Source: Lama glama (Eukaryota). From it: 64,000 nucleotides of DNA. Under the pieces are notes generated by a model, which had not been told where the DNA came from, did no database searches, and saw only the letters and a program-made list of their open reading frames with translations. The DNA lies in assembly GCA_028534125.1 (NCBI GenBank), contig CM052817.1:76200001-76264000 (forward strand), read 5' to 3'. A program made the position numbers and the translations under genes. Positions within the stretch are counted from its first letter, which is position 1, and every line of letters starts with the position of its first letter. Of this stretch, positions 12,171-25,404 are shown piece after piece.

Positions 12171-13678
12171 CTGGGCTTGGCATCACGTGCAGTTGCACCA
12201 AGCCTCACTCTCAGGATACTCATGCTTGATTTAAAGCTCTGCAGTGACTGCTGTGAAATTCTTAATAATAATTTTATCTTTAAACGAGCATATTGTAAGT
12301 GAAGTTGATGGGACAAATGAGAACACACTGATCAGAAAAGACCCATCTGATGGCAAAATTCATTCAGACTCAAAGCCATGGACACAGTGAACAGAGGGCA
12401 TCATACACCCCAGCAGCTGACCTGGCCACCTGGCATGCACATCATGCCTACGGCTGTACAGGGAGACAGCAGCCCAGGCTGATGGAGGTGTGGAGGCAGC
12501 AGGAGCATCAGTGGTGGCACTCTCCATGGACTCCAGAGAGAAGAGGTTCTCTGTGTAGGAACAGCTCTGGCCCACAGCAGGAGGCTAGTTCGCCTGTCCT
12601 TTTCCGAAATCCATCCCTGTATCACATGCTCAAATGTTTACATTTGGGCCTGAACAACTAGCTAGGACCTGTCCACCCTGCACCAGGTAATAAGTGCTGT
12701 CAGTAATTTATTACAAAATAAATGGTGTACACATGAACATTGCAAAAAAAAAAAAGCATATCAAGGTGTTATTATATTCCTTAAAGAGTTTAGAATCTCT
12801 GGTTTTGAAAACTACCAGAATATTAGAAAATAAATATTCACAAGCCTAGAAATAGAAATTTAAGATGATCATATTGACAGAAAATAACAGTCATCTCTTA
12901 TGAAGCTTTGAATGAATCAATTATTAATGATGAAGAATATGTTTTAAATATTTGTAATTGAAGATGCAGCAATAGAAAGCATAAAGAGGAATTTTAAATT
13001 AAATACTGATTATAAAGCCACTTTTGGTTTCTTGACTGACTCCTCCAAGTTACCAAAAATGTTACAGGAAATGTCAAAAGAAATGTAAAAATGCATTTTA
13101 TTAATTTATGTTTAAAATTAAATTCAGACTTACACAAAACTGATTTGTAAGAATTCTACCTTTATAGAAAATTGTTTCATTAGAACCATCAGCTCTAGAT
13201 GTACTAAACTATATATTTAAAAAAGTCAGAATCTACATCAATGTTGTCACAGCCTATAAAATAACAGCTCCAGGAACAGTCACTTCATAGAAATATTCTA
13301 CTTAGAATGAAAAATTTTCAAAAGATATTTGCAATTGTGCATTTGCCATGGGCAGATGGTGTCACAGTTATACAGAATGAAAATGAAATTGTTATACTAA
13401 AACTTGACAATCTAGTAAAAATATTTGCAGAGAAGTGAGCCAACAATATCTTATGATCAATTAATAAAATTAACAAAATATGATCAAATAATAAAATATT
13501 GTATCATGTAAAATTATGATGCTAAAATATTTTTGTAGTTTTAAAATTTATATTGTTACTCAGGTATCATTATTAATTCTATTATATTTAATTAGTTATT
13601 AAAGAATTTTTAAAGAAAATCTTTATATTTTAGTATCTTTTTTCCTACGTTTTGAACAAAGGGGCCTGTATTACCCTG
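12171..13678 (+). mobile_element. MER45R-like hAT-Tip100 DNA transposon with transposase C-terminal relic
   Basis: MER45-type 5' end (gtgcagttgcac...gcttgatttaaagctctgc...gaaattcttaataat) and 3' end (ttttgaacaaaggggcc...ccctg); from 13231 translates IYINVVTAYKITAPGTVTS* then, shifted, KIFKRYLQLCICHG, like the hAT dimerisation domain. Confidence 0.75.
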
Positions 13679-13679
13679 A

Positions 13680-13870
13680 GAATCAGCAATAGTCTGACTT
13701 TTCTTTCCTGACATACTCTGATATCCAGTTTCCATCTGCTATTGGCTGAACCGAAACATAGGGCAGAGACAAGGCAGCACAGGTGATTCAGTCTGGGGCT
13801 CAGTCTCCTGAGACACAGAATGACATAGAGGAAGATGCACAGTGGATCTGAAGCTACAGTAAAAGAGTAA
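13680..13870. mobile_element. LTR33-like ERVL LTR, second part
   Basis: attggctgaacc...agagacaaggcagc...tcagtctcc...acacagaa...agtggatctgaag. Confidence 0.5.
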
Positions 13871-14235
13871 CCCACAGTGTTTGAATAAAGTCAGGAAAAG
13901 TGTGTATTTTGTCTAGACTCTTAGAAATTCTAATCTGATTAATATGCTAAAGACCTTAAGAAATCCTACTTGAAAGCAACACAGTTTAGTTTGAAAGCAT
14001 TTTCCAAAGATAAATAGATTGATTGTACTTATTTCCAATTAACTAATAAAAAGCAATATTTGAAAAGTAAGTAAACAACTATATCTGAGATAATTAAAAT
14101 ATACATATAAATATCATAAAGGTGAGAACAGAATATAATTTATGTGGTAAAATGAACAGAGACATGCTATTTAGGGCTTTGATTATCAATGCTATTTTAA
14201 AGGAATATTATTTACCTGAAATACTAACAAACTGT

Positions 14236-14780
14236 TGTGGAGAGTCTCTAAGCTGCCAGAGATGCCTGTCTCTTCTTATTCATGCTTTTGTGTGACCACT
14301 TCCCTTTGAGGAGGGACTGAACTTAGGGACACACTTCTTACAAATGGAAAGGAACAAAGATACTTCCAAGATTAGGTTATAAATCATCTACTGCTTCTGT
14401 TTTGAGCTTTCTCTCTCTGTAATCACTTGCCCTAGGGGAATCCAGCTGCTATGTGAGGACATGTGGGCAACTTTGCAGAGAAGCCCGTGGTGACAAAGAA
14501 CTGAGACTTCCAGCCAACAGCCAGCAAGGACCTGAGGACTCCGGTCAACAACCAAGTGAGTGAGCTTGGGAGTGAATCTCCCAACCCTAGTGAAAGCTTT
14601 AGATTACATAGCTCAAAACAATAGCTTGTAACTCCAAAAGAAACCTTGAGCCAGAGCCAGAGGCATCCAAGTGTATTATTCTAGGATTCCTGACCCTCAG
14701 AAACTTTATAAGATAATAAATGCTTACTGTGTAAGCCACTAGATTTGAGTGTGAGGATTTGATACAGCAGTAGATAACAT
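14236..14780 (+). mobile_element. MaLR solo LTR (MLT1F-like)
   Basis: ttccaagattaggttataaa, cagccaacagccagcaaggacctgagg, gattcctgaccctcagaaact...ataataaatg...taagccact...cagcagtagataac. Confidence 0.85.
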
Positions 14781-16717
14781 GTGCACCTGTACAAAAACAT
14801 CCCAAGGAGAAAGAAATTTGGGAAACAATCGATGACAAAATTTCAATTTTTTTTGTTTTATTCTATTGCTGTTTCCTATTGAATGATTTTCAAAGACTTA
14901 ATACTTATTGTGTATTTTTACCCATTGCTCAAACCCAAAAGAAGACTTAAATTATAATCATATGTAGCTGAAATCTGTCACAGAATTTGAAGCCCTAATT
15001 TGGAGGTCAAGCTTCTCTCTTTTATCTGAAAGTCATTAACATACTTTATGTATTTTACTTTTCTCATTTATATTTATTCTGTTTGCAATAAAGCCTCTTT
15101 GACTTTATTTGTGTGTGTATATAATATTTTTGATTTTATCTTTGTATCTTTATGTATCTTTATATCTCTTAGGATTATTCTTAAAGGAATAGTATTAAAA
15201 TCGAATTATAGTGGATAAAAGAGGAGCTCAATGAATATTCTTAAGTAAACAAATATAATATTACTTGGACTTGAATGGCAAGAGATACATAGTAAAATAC
15301 TAAAGAGAAACATATTAGCCCTGACTAGTCATGTCAGCCATGCAGCTCACATTAATTTTTTCATGTTGATAATCTTACTTCAAAAATAATTTTCTATGTT
15401 CTCTTTAATTTCCTACATTTCAGTATATGTCTTTACATATCAAATGATAATCACTGCAATAGGGAAGGCTATTAGTTTTGGTTAAAATCCTAGACGGCCA
15501 GAACTGTTTCAGAAATTTTGCTTGAGTCAAATTTATGTAAAGCTAATATCTTGAAATTGAACTTGCTGTTACTGTTTCCTTCCCATTTGAAAAAAGTGGG
15601 GTTTTTTGCTCATTAAAATATCAATTAAAAAATTTCAAGGCATATAATTACACATCCTTAAAACTTAGTAAACATTTACAAAATCCCACATACTTCTGAT
15701 ATTTGGGGGAAAAAAAACTTCACTGCACTTACAAACATTGACAGAGTTGATTCTTAAGGTAAATTATTTGATTTACTCATCCAGGATATGTCAACAAAGT
15801 CAAAGGATACAAAATGAACATGTATATAGTTACTGTCAAATTTGCTTTAACACATAAATAGCTATATATTCATTACTATCCATCCATCAATGCACTTTAA
15901 TACTTCCCTAACGTGAGTTGCAGATATCAGCACATTTCAACACTAAACACTGCAGTAGACACATTAATGCAATTTTACTATGTGTTGATACTTGAGGTGA
16001 GGTTAAATTTATACGCAATAATATACACAAATCACTACTGTACCATTCAATGTATTTGACAAGTGCACACATGTGTAACCCAAACATCTATGAAGAGAAA
16101 GCATCACCCCAAAAAACTCTTCAAACCTTTGTCAGTCAATTATGTGTCCAACCCTCAGATGCTGAAAGTCTTATTTTTTTCATCATAGGTTAATTTGGAC
16201 TCTTCTAGAATTTTATGTAACTGAAACAATGTGGCAGAAGGTTTTTTGTATGTAATAGTTTTTTTCATTCAGTATGAATTTTAACTCAGTTTTTAAGAAT
16301 AATCTTTGATCTAATATTAATTTTCCTTTTTTTCTCAAATTGTATCCTGTGGAAATTACTGTATGCAAGGGTGGGTGATAAACTCAGTTTATATTTGTTT
16401 TAAAGTGTTATATTTGTACTTATGTTGGAAATATAATTTCATTGGGTCTACTATTCTAGACTAAAAATGTATAGAGAATTTTAAACCTATAAATTGATGT
16501 CTTTTATTATACTAGACAATTTTAATCTTTTTCTGCTTTTGCATATTCCGTTATACTCTTCAGAATCCAGATTAAAAATGTGACAGGCTCTTTTTTCTAT
16601 TCTTAATGTCTCTTGATCTTTCATGATCTTTATTTCTTTGACTCTTTGAGAAATGTTCTAGGTAATTTACACATGTTAACTTCATTAACTTCCTCTCTAT
16701 TCCAATTTCCCTTCAAG

Positions 16718-16845
16718 TATATATATATATAAATAAGCACATATATTTATGTGTATATAAACATATATATTAATAAACACATATATGAAAATAATATAAC
16801 ATGAATATATTAATATATTAATATGTGTGTATTTCAATAAATATA
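16718..16845. repeat. AT-rich (TA)n low-complexity tract
   Basis: Degenerate TA repeats. Confidence 0.7.
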
Positions 16846-18389
16846 ACGTCTGAGGCAATGCAAGTCAATTTTTACAAGAAAATTCAATTAGACTTAAAAA
16901 GCAATTTAATTTATATACTATAAACCATAATGGATGTCTATGCATGTATTATGTAAATTGTTCCAAATATATTGCCTTCATTAATGTGTGAAATAAACTT
17001 TACCAGTTAGCATAAACTTCTAAAAATACAACATTCCACGTTAAATACCTTGTTTTTAATAGATGTTTCTCAAAATTTTAACTTTATTGCTTCTAAAAAC
17101 AAACAGTCCTATATATACTTCAAATTAACTTTCTTGGTAAGAATCTTTTTTTAAACATACTGTCACACCACAGTAGCATAAACGAGAGCAGCTTATAGGA
17201 TGGTTAACTTTAATCATGCTCCATTTAGAAGAATTCTTTAAGAATATGATATAATATTGTCTGGTTCCATATGGTTTTTCATGAAAATGATATGCCTATA
17301 GCAAAACATGTCCCTTCCGCCTTCAGAAAGTGAGACATCAAAGGAAGACACTATTTGCATATAAATGCATTGCAACTTTCACAGATGAAAAATTTATGAA
17401 TTCAGCTAAAAGGAAAATGCTTCTTGAAAAGTGTATTCTGTAGCTGTCTCATAAAGTCAGTTTGACTTAGCTTTAGAGACTGCAGGTAGGAAAGAGTCGA
17501 CAATATTGGCATGTGCCTTCTCGTTCTCAGATCTCTATGAAATTTGCTCAGCAAACGGGAGGAGGAAGTAATTTCTGAAAATATTACATCACATTGTGCA
17601 TGTTCTATTTATCATCTAAGGCTGAACTTAATATAATTGTTAAATTGAAATAAATAAGGTAAGTGAATTTGTTAGGAAATAATCTGTTTAAAGAATTGTA
17701 CTGAAAAATATTTTAGGACAAAAAGAGAGATTAAAAGATTAATGTGTGGTATCATATCATGACATGTTACCTAGTAGATGGCGTAACATAACATAGTAGG
17801 TAAGACCAAATTTATTGCCTCGTAATGAAATAGATGTCCTATGTTCTCTGCTAATCACTTCAATGAAGGAGGCAATGTTTAGTTCTACCTTAAAATCTGA
17901 ATCTATGACATCTATTAATTCAGAGATAATTATATATAATTTCTTAACAATATTAAATTTCAAATGTTTAAGTTATAAAAAGCAGGCAAAAATTCAAGGA
18001 TAACAAATTCATTAAGGGGTTCAGCAAATTCATCTGAAGTGAAAGTTTAACTTTTCATAACCACACTTAGTTTGATTAAGAGGCTCATCTTGAAACCCTT
18101 GATGCTATTAACCTGTTATCAAATTATTCATTTATTGGTAACATTTGTCTGAATCAGTTATTCCAAAAAAGCTGCATGATGGACAGGTTTTTCTTTTTTG
18201 TTTCTATCATTTTTTCTACATTTACAAATGAAAAAAATTCTATACAGAGAACTTTTCATCATGAAAGCTGAAATGCAACTTACACAGGAAATGTAGGATA
18301 TTATAAGACATGGCCTAGTTTTTCCTCTTAACGACTACTTTTCAGAATAAAGTATTCACACTTTAGTTAAATGGCTCAGAATGGTCTAC

Positions 18390-19130
18390 TGTTGTGGTGG
18401 TGATTTCCTCTTTTTATATATAGCTATCATTATAAGCTCACTGATTTTTATATATGCAATGCATTTCCATTCATTGCATTCATGATTCTTTACAATGCTT
18501 AAGTGACTTACCTTTGGCACTGGGGACTTCAGTGTAGATCTTTGCTGTCCTTGACACAAATCCATTAATACTCATTAACTTCTAACATCTTCCTTACCTT
18601 CTGGCAAAGGAGAGTCTCAGAATCTTCTTGTGTAATTTTCTTCCTCAGACCTAGAATAGAATTTAGATGCAACAATTCATGCATTAGGTGTGTCTGTTGC
18701 AACTGGATTGGAATAACATTTAGATGAATTTAGCTAACAAAGCCAAAAATGGTATGTATTAAAAATATGCATATAATATGTATATATATGGTGGCATTCC
18801 CAATTTATACTAAATATTATATAATTTTAAAATGTTTAATAATATATCAGTCTATCACAATGCACATTTTGGTTGCTAAAAAGATTAATTAAATATTTGT
18901 ATTATTCTATGAAGTATATGCAGAGTTTTACAATATCATAATTCAAGATATCTATATAACTTCACTAATTAAACCAGTGAACACAGTTTTAAGTTTTTAT
19001 TGTAGATCTATTATCCTCATACTACATTCTTCTAAAAATATACAATCAATATTCAGTGTTCAAAGTCACTTGAAATAATTATTTTTAATGTGGTTATCTT
19101 ACTATTTTTTTCAATTTTTAGTAATTGTGT
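18390..19130 (-). mobile_element. Ancient L1 (L1MC-like) 3' region, antisense
   Basis: atcattataagctcactgattt...ttccattcattgca...tttggcactgggga...ttaccttctggca resembles L1MC4-type 3' UTR. Confidence 0.5.
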
Positions 19131-19324
19131 TTTCCTTTTTAATTTTATTTTTGTAAATATGTAAATCATATGGATATGTAAATCATCCATAGATTTTCTA
19201 AGCCAAAACTATAAGATGAGATATATATATATATAAAAGACTTTGTAAGTGATCTTTTTCATTCCTGTTTTTCTAGCTGCATAGTAGGTCATTAAGTGGC
19301 TATGCCACAGCTTCTTCAAACAGC

Positions 19325-19460
19325 CCTCCCTTTTCATTTTCTTCAAAGATAAAATGGGACAATAATGCTATCCACCCCACAATACTTGGGTGAGTTTCAG
19401 TGGGAAAAATTTTTAAGGGATTTATTTATGCACAGGAATTAGGTACATTCTATACTTGTT
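19325..19460. mobile_element. MIR fragment
   Basis: ttttcattttcttcaaagataaaatgggacaataatgctatccacc. Confidence 0.5.
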
Positions 19461-19979
19461 TACTGAATAACTAAACATGGTTCCAATTAATTCCAGTCAT
19501 TTTGTATACTTATATGTAAGGCATAACATTCAAAAATACAGGACAACTGTTAATAACATTGTAAGTGATTTATTTCCTAGCTGTGTTGTGTACAGGGAGG
19601 AGATTGAAAGTGTTGATGGCAATGAATAAACTAAATGGGCAGAAGAATAAACTAAAGGCTAACCTGTAAAAATACAAGAAGACTAGATAGTGTACTGAAA
19701 TCTCTTATACTCTCCACTCTATTGAGTAAGTTTATCATAGTTTTCTGAACAAGAGTTTTAATAGGTCACTGAGGCTGGGGAATATCATTCCAGAAAATTC
19801 TTATGAATCTTTCTGAAGTGATTTGATATTGACCTGAAGAATATCAATAAGCTTCCATCTTTTCTTCATGATTCTGTTCCATTTGTCACAATTACATGGC
19901 TCCCTAATAAGTTTCATCCTCAATGTCAGTACACAGAAAATGTCAACCATCAACTGCATTTATCTCCAGTGACCTACAG

Positions 19980-20135
19980 GAAATGGGTATAATCTGTAAC
20001 AAGAGCAATTTAGGTTTGCTATAAAGAAGTTCACAAATGCAAAAAAACAAAAACAAAAACAAAACCTTCATGAATATGTATATTACCAGATAAGACTGTA
20101 GAATCCCCTTTCTTAAGTATTGTTAAGAATAAAAA
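19980..20135 (+). mobile_element. Possible L3/CR1 3' relic with inserted (CAAAAA)n
   Basis: aaatggg...tttaggtttgctataaagaa...actgtagaatcccc...ttaagaata loosely resembles the CR1 3' end. Confidence 0.35.
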
Positions 20136-21099
20136 AGTCAGCTTAGGGTAATTTGAGAGAAAATCTCAGTGATGGTTCTTTGATGCTAATTCTTTAGTAA
20201 GGAAAAAGTCATGCTGATAATACTAAGAATAAAATACTACTACTACTACACTACCTATGATAAAATACCAAATAATTGTTAAAAAGTAGGCAATAGGGAC
20301 GTGATGAAAGATCACAGCAGATAACCAATTTAACATTTGTGAGAAAATCTAAGTAAAATACTTTTAAATAGGATTGTTTGGAAAAGTATTTAGAAAAGAA
20401 AGAAAAGATGCCGCTTATTTTAACAAGGATCATTACCGCCTCCTTAGAGAGAACCACTGTGGATTAGACAAGTACTTTATGAATGGTTTCTCTGTTATTG
20501 GTCTATCAAGGTTCATTTCCTGTGTGTTTCCACTTACCACAGGTCATTGCTGTGTCATCCCATCCACAGCAGATCTCACAAGATCTCAGCTTCCCCACAG
20601 CCAAAATGTTCAGCTGTTTCATGATCCTCTTTTAGTACTGATTTTGCTTCCCCGTATGATGCCAAGAACTTGGGACTATTTGCACTCTGAAAAGATGGCA
20701 GTGAAATCTAAACTATTCTTAGTGTCTCTAAACAGAAGTGCATTCTGGAGTTGCATTTATTCCTCCTGCACATGATGGAAGACCCTCCATGTATAGAGAT
20801 TCCAAAATCTGAATCTCCATTTGTGGCAAAAAAAACCCAGCTGTCTTCTCTTACTTCTGTTTTCAAACATTTCCCCAGGCACAGAACAGAAATGTAGATT
20901 AGACATTTTAAAATTGACTAATTCATATCCATAAAAGGCCACCTTTAAATTTTTGATTAAAATTTTCCACAATCATTAGAAAAACAAGACACTGCCATAT
21001 AGGTAAACTCTAATTTTTATAATAACAAGATGCCTACCAATATTTTACACATATTTCTGAGCAAATAGTAAAACAACTAAACAACACACTAAACAGTAA

Positions 21100-21162
21100 A
21101 GGAGTCATCAAGATGATGGAGTAAGAAGACTCTGAACTCATGTCCTCCCTTGGGCACCCCAA
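21100..21162 (+). mobile_element. L1 5' terminus running into the assembly gap
   Basis: tcaagatgatggagtaagaagactctgaactcatgtcctccc closely parallels the L1 start at 46942 (tcaagatggtgatgtgggaagatcctgaactcacttcctccc). Confidence 0.75.
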
Positions 21163-21662
21163 NNNNNNNNNNNNNNNNNNNNNNNNNNNNNNNNNNNNNN
21201 NNNNNNNNNNNNNNNNNNNNNNNNNNNNNNNNNNNNNNNNNNNNNNNNNNNNNNNNNNNNNNNNNNNNNNNNNNNNNNNNNNNNNNNNNNNNNNNNNNNN
21301 NNNNNNNNNNNNNNNNNNNNNNNNNNNNNNNNNNNNNNNNNNNNNNNNNNNNNNNNNNNNNNNNNNNNNNNNNNNNNNNNNNNNNNNNNNNNNNNNNNNN
21401 NNNNNNNNNNNNNNNNNNNNNNNNNNNNNNNNNNNNNNNNNNNNNNNNNNNNNNNNNNNNNNNNNNNNNNNNNNNNNNNNNNNNNNNNNNNNNNNNNNNN
21501 NNNNNNNNNNNNNNNNNNNNNNNNNNNNNNNNNNNNNNNNNNNNNNNNNNNNNNNNNNNNNNNNNNNNNNNNNNNNNNNNNNNNNNNNNNNNNNNNNNNN
21601 NNNNNNNNNNNNNNNNNNNNNNNNNNNNNNNNNNNNNNNNNNNNNNNNNNNNNNNNNNNNNN
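21163..21662. other. Assembly gap (500 N)
   Basis: Run of N. Confidence 1.
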
Positions 21663-23789
21663 TTTTTACGGCATGTGAAAGGGTCTAGATTGAGCTAAAA
21701 TCCAGAATCTCAAATCATTTTTAATGTTGCCTCTGGGTGTTTGCTAAATGTGAGTCAGGCACTTAGATGCCCATCCGCACGCTACATAATAGCATTTCAA
21801 TTTATTTCTTTGCTCAGGTTGAAGAAAACTGTGGGCATTCTCTCCTCCAGACTTTTCTTCTCATCCGGGATTGCGGCCCATGTTAGGCTTCCATTCCTTC
21901 CTTAATGGTGTGTTTCTCTTTTTTCTTTTCAGTTTTGCTCCTTCTTGTATGATTCTTCAATCATCTGCACACCACTAACTGCCTTCCTGAGCAAGCAAAC
22001 ATTCTCAGGGCTCTGCTATCTTAAAAGATCAAAGGCTCCCTCCAAGCATCACCTATTCCTAACATATTCACCATCTACATCTCTCAGTTTATAGACGCCT
22101 CAGGAACAATAACATGAAAGGATCAATCAGAAATAGAGAAACTTGAAAACTAACAAAACAACATGAGGAAACTCCCACCCCCCACCTCCTACCAAATACA
22201 CACAAACACTGAAGACAGTGATCAGCACTGTGAAAGACTAAGGAAAGAAAAGTATCACACAAATATGACAAAGGAGATTTTTCTCTATGACTTTTACTCA
22301 TTTTTCAAATTTCACTGAGAATCAAAATGGTGTTTTCTTTTTAGTATATAATATTTCTTTTTTTTTCTTTCTTACATATTTCTCCTTTTAATGTTATGGC
22401 AAAGCACGTGATACATTTCATATAAAAGAATAGAAATTAACAAGCAAGTATTTTCTGTTGCTAATTTTCCATTTAGTGGGATTAGGAAGAGATATTTTTA
22501 TTCAGTATAGAAGATGTCTTTTTATCTCTTTGATGTCTAACAGCTTTTGTTCAGTATCTGTACAAATTAAAATGTGAAATTAAAGCTCTAAGAATTCACC
22601 AATAAATTTTAATGAGATTAACATTTACACAGCAGAAGCCATACTCTCAAAATATCTCTAAGGGAACTTATTTTCTATAGTAAATATCATCTTGCTCACA
22701 AATTCTAATTTCCACTGATGGAAGGGAAAAGGAAAAAAAAAAATAGAGGATTAAACATGTCATCATCCCCCCACCTTTCTTCCCTCAGTCTAAATGAGTT
22801 ATTTAGGGACATTTTACTCTATCAAGTGTAACATTCAAACTCCCTATGCAATCTGTCCCCTGGGGTACTCCCCACCCTCCTCATTTCCTGATGTGTATGA
22901 GGACACAGAAACACTTATTTTCCTTTAAGAAGAAATCTCAATCACTTTATGTAAGTTGCCACTGACTTCCAGTTGTGTTTGACTGCTTTAAGTGTGGATC
23001 GAACTCTCCCTTGGTGGTTGCAGTACAGGGAACTGGCAGTGTGCTCTTGGGGTAGGGCCACAGCCCCCAGGAACCTGAGCTCTAGCTCCCTCCTGCCTTG
23101 ATGCCACTTAGCCTCTCGCTGGCCTGCGGATCCTCTGATGTCTGGCTGCAAATACTATAGTCCATGGCTTGGTGATCCTCCCTGCCACTCTCAGTTAAAG
23201 AATTCCTTAGCCCTTTGATGATGGGACCTCCTCGGTACCTTACCAGTCAAGTCAGCTATCTTTCATGCGGTCCCCGGAATTTTTGTAGTCCTCTGGCCAC
23301 TAGTGAGCAAGAGAAACCGAAAAGTGCTGTTTCCTTCTGAAAGGACACTTCCCCCTACTTCCACTCTCCTCTCCTGTGCCACCTTGTGGTCAGCAGGGAA
23401 GTAGGGAAATCTGCAGGTATTCCTTTAGCCCTTTGCCGCCTCCCCATCTCAATACCCAAACTATCCCTATGTAGGGTGCGCTGGGTGCTTGATAATCTCT
23501 CTTTCCTTCAGGTCAGTTCTCTTCACACTCCCGTCTTCAGCCCTACCATCTACAACGCCCCTCCTCCTCCTCCCCAGATGAGAAGAAACTGGTGCGAGCA
23601 TACACCGAGTTCTTTCTACTTGGAGTGTCTATCGCCAGACATCAAAATATCGGTCCTGGTAAATGAAGGATTTTCTCATTCAACAGAAGCTAACTTTCAA
23701 GAATCTTGACATAAAATTATTTCAGTACTTTCATATTTATTTACTCCACTGCAAATGTACTTTCCATAAAAGACTTGAGATGACGTCTA

Positions 23790-24250
23790 GTTTTATATAA
23801 TTACATACGGATTGCCAGTTTTTTGAGCCACATGTATTAACTTAACCCATTCTTTCTCACTGATTAAACTAACAGCGATATTGAATATTGATCTTCATAT
23901 ATACCGAAATCTCTTCCTGGATATCTTACTCTGCTTCACTCATTTGTCTATTCCTAAATCATGCTGATTACATTGTAAATCCTTTATCACACATTGTAAA
24001 ATTTGGTAAGGCAAGTAAGTACATATTATGGGTCTTTAATTGATAATATTCTTGGATAATCTAATACACTTATTAACCTACTAATTTTAATATCACTTTA
24101 TACAATCCCCCCATGTTTATTTAAATTCTGAAAGGAAATTTGTATAAAAAAGGTAATTTTATTTTCTGTGATATTAAATCTCCCTCTCTAAGAACACTGT
24201 ATGCCATTACACTTGTTCACTTGCTCTTTTGAGACTTTTTAAGTATTATA
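23790..24250 (-). mobile_element. Ancient L1 (L1ME-like) ORF2 relic, antisense
   Basis: ttgccagtttt...ccattctttctcactgat...ttcctggata...tttgtctattcct...tggtaaggcaagt. Confidence 0.55.
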
Positions 24251-25404
24251 TTAAATATGTGGGTCTTAAGGTTCAATCCTTAGGCAGGTAATTTTCCCTC
24301 AAAACTGCATCCAGGAGCCTGCTATCTGGGGCTGTGAGGGGGTGACTGACTGGGCTAAAGGATGCCCTAGAGCTGGTCAAATACTCCTACCACTACTATT
24401 CACTATCTTGAAGAATGATAATCAACTGCATATAGATGTTTTTAATTTTCTTTCTTGTATGAAACCAGTGTCATATGAACCATACTTTCCTGGAAAAGTG
24501 CTACTTTTTACTCAGCAATATATTCTTAGTCATCTTTCATTTCTGAAGTGTAGTGAAACTGAGAATTCTGAGGGAACTCCATACTATGCCTCAATGAGTA
24601 AACAGAGAGAGGGGGAAAAAAGGGGAAATTCCCTCAGGAGACTTTTTTATGAACAATTGCCTCAAATCGAATTTTCTCTCCTAGTGGCTTTGAATTTCCA
24701 GGGCTGGTACTGACAAACATAGCCCTGCCTTTTTTTAATTCAACATGAAATAGTTGAAAAAGAGCTGCTTGACTCAAAAATTATGACACATTGCTCCAAA
24801 AGTCAAATTGGTTAACAATGATTATTTCTAGCCACTTATTTTCAAGAACTTAAAATGTTGTGCACAGTAGGGGTGCTTCATCACTGTGTTGCACCTTTCA
24901 GCATTTTCATCCTTGTATCTAAATCTGGGGGATATTTTCACAAACTCTGAGATGTTTCTGAAAATTTACACATGATTCTTAGGATCATAGTTCAATTTCG
25001 TACGTGTAAACATGTCACTGAATGTGATTAAAATTGTACATGATTCCTTCCTAAGGCTTCAGTCTTGAAAGGAGAAATTGTTTTACAGGATAGCAACTAC
25101 ACTGAGTGGTGTAAATTATATTTAAAATGCTACCTGAAGCCCTTCTTTCACAGAATTAAAAATGCAAGGAAAAAGGTAAGAACATCTCCATAGAGACAAT
25201 ATAGCCACCATTAGGCACTTACAAATTAATTTTTAAAACAAAATACTTCACAAAATGTAAAATTCCTTTCAAATGGTTTTTAAGTTTCTTAGTCATCCAT
25301 TTTTACGAAAATAAATACTTAAATAATTTCAACACAATCTTTGGTAGTTTTTTGCTTTCAGACAATTCAATAAGAGTCAGGACAAAATTTAAAGTGCATG
25401 AAAG

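Noticed and set aside
12350..12661. 103-aa ORF
   Set aside because: Lies in the GC-richer internal part of the MER45R-like element; no coding signature
21140..21698. Two 182-aa ORFs
   Set aside because: Artefacts of translating the N gap
22830..23720. GC-elevated block as promoter or exon
   Set aside because: No clear CpG island or recognisable coding motif; more likely an old repeat 5' region that I cannot classify
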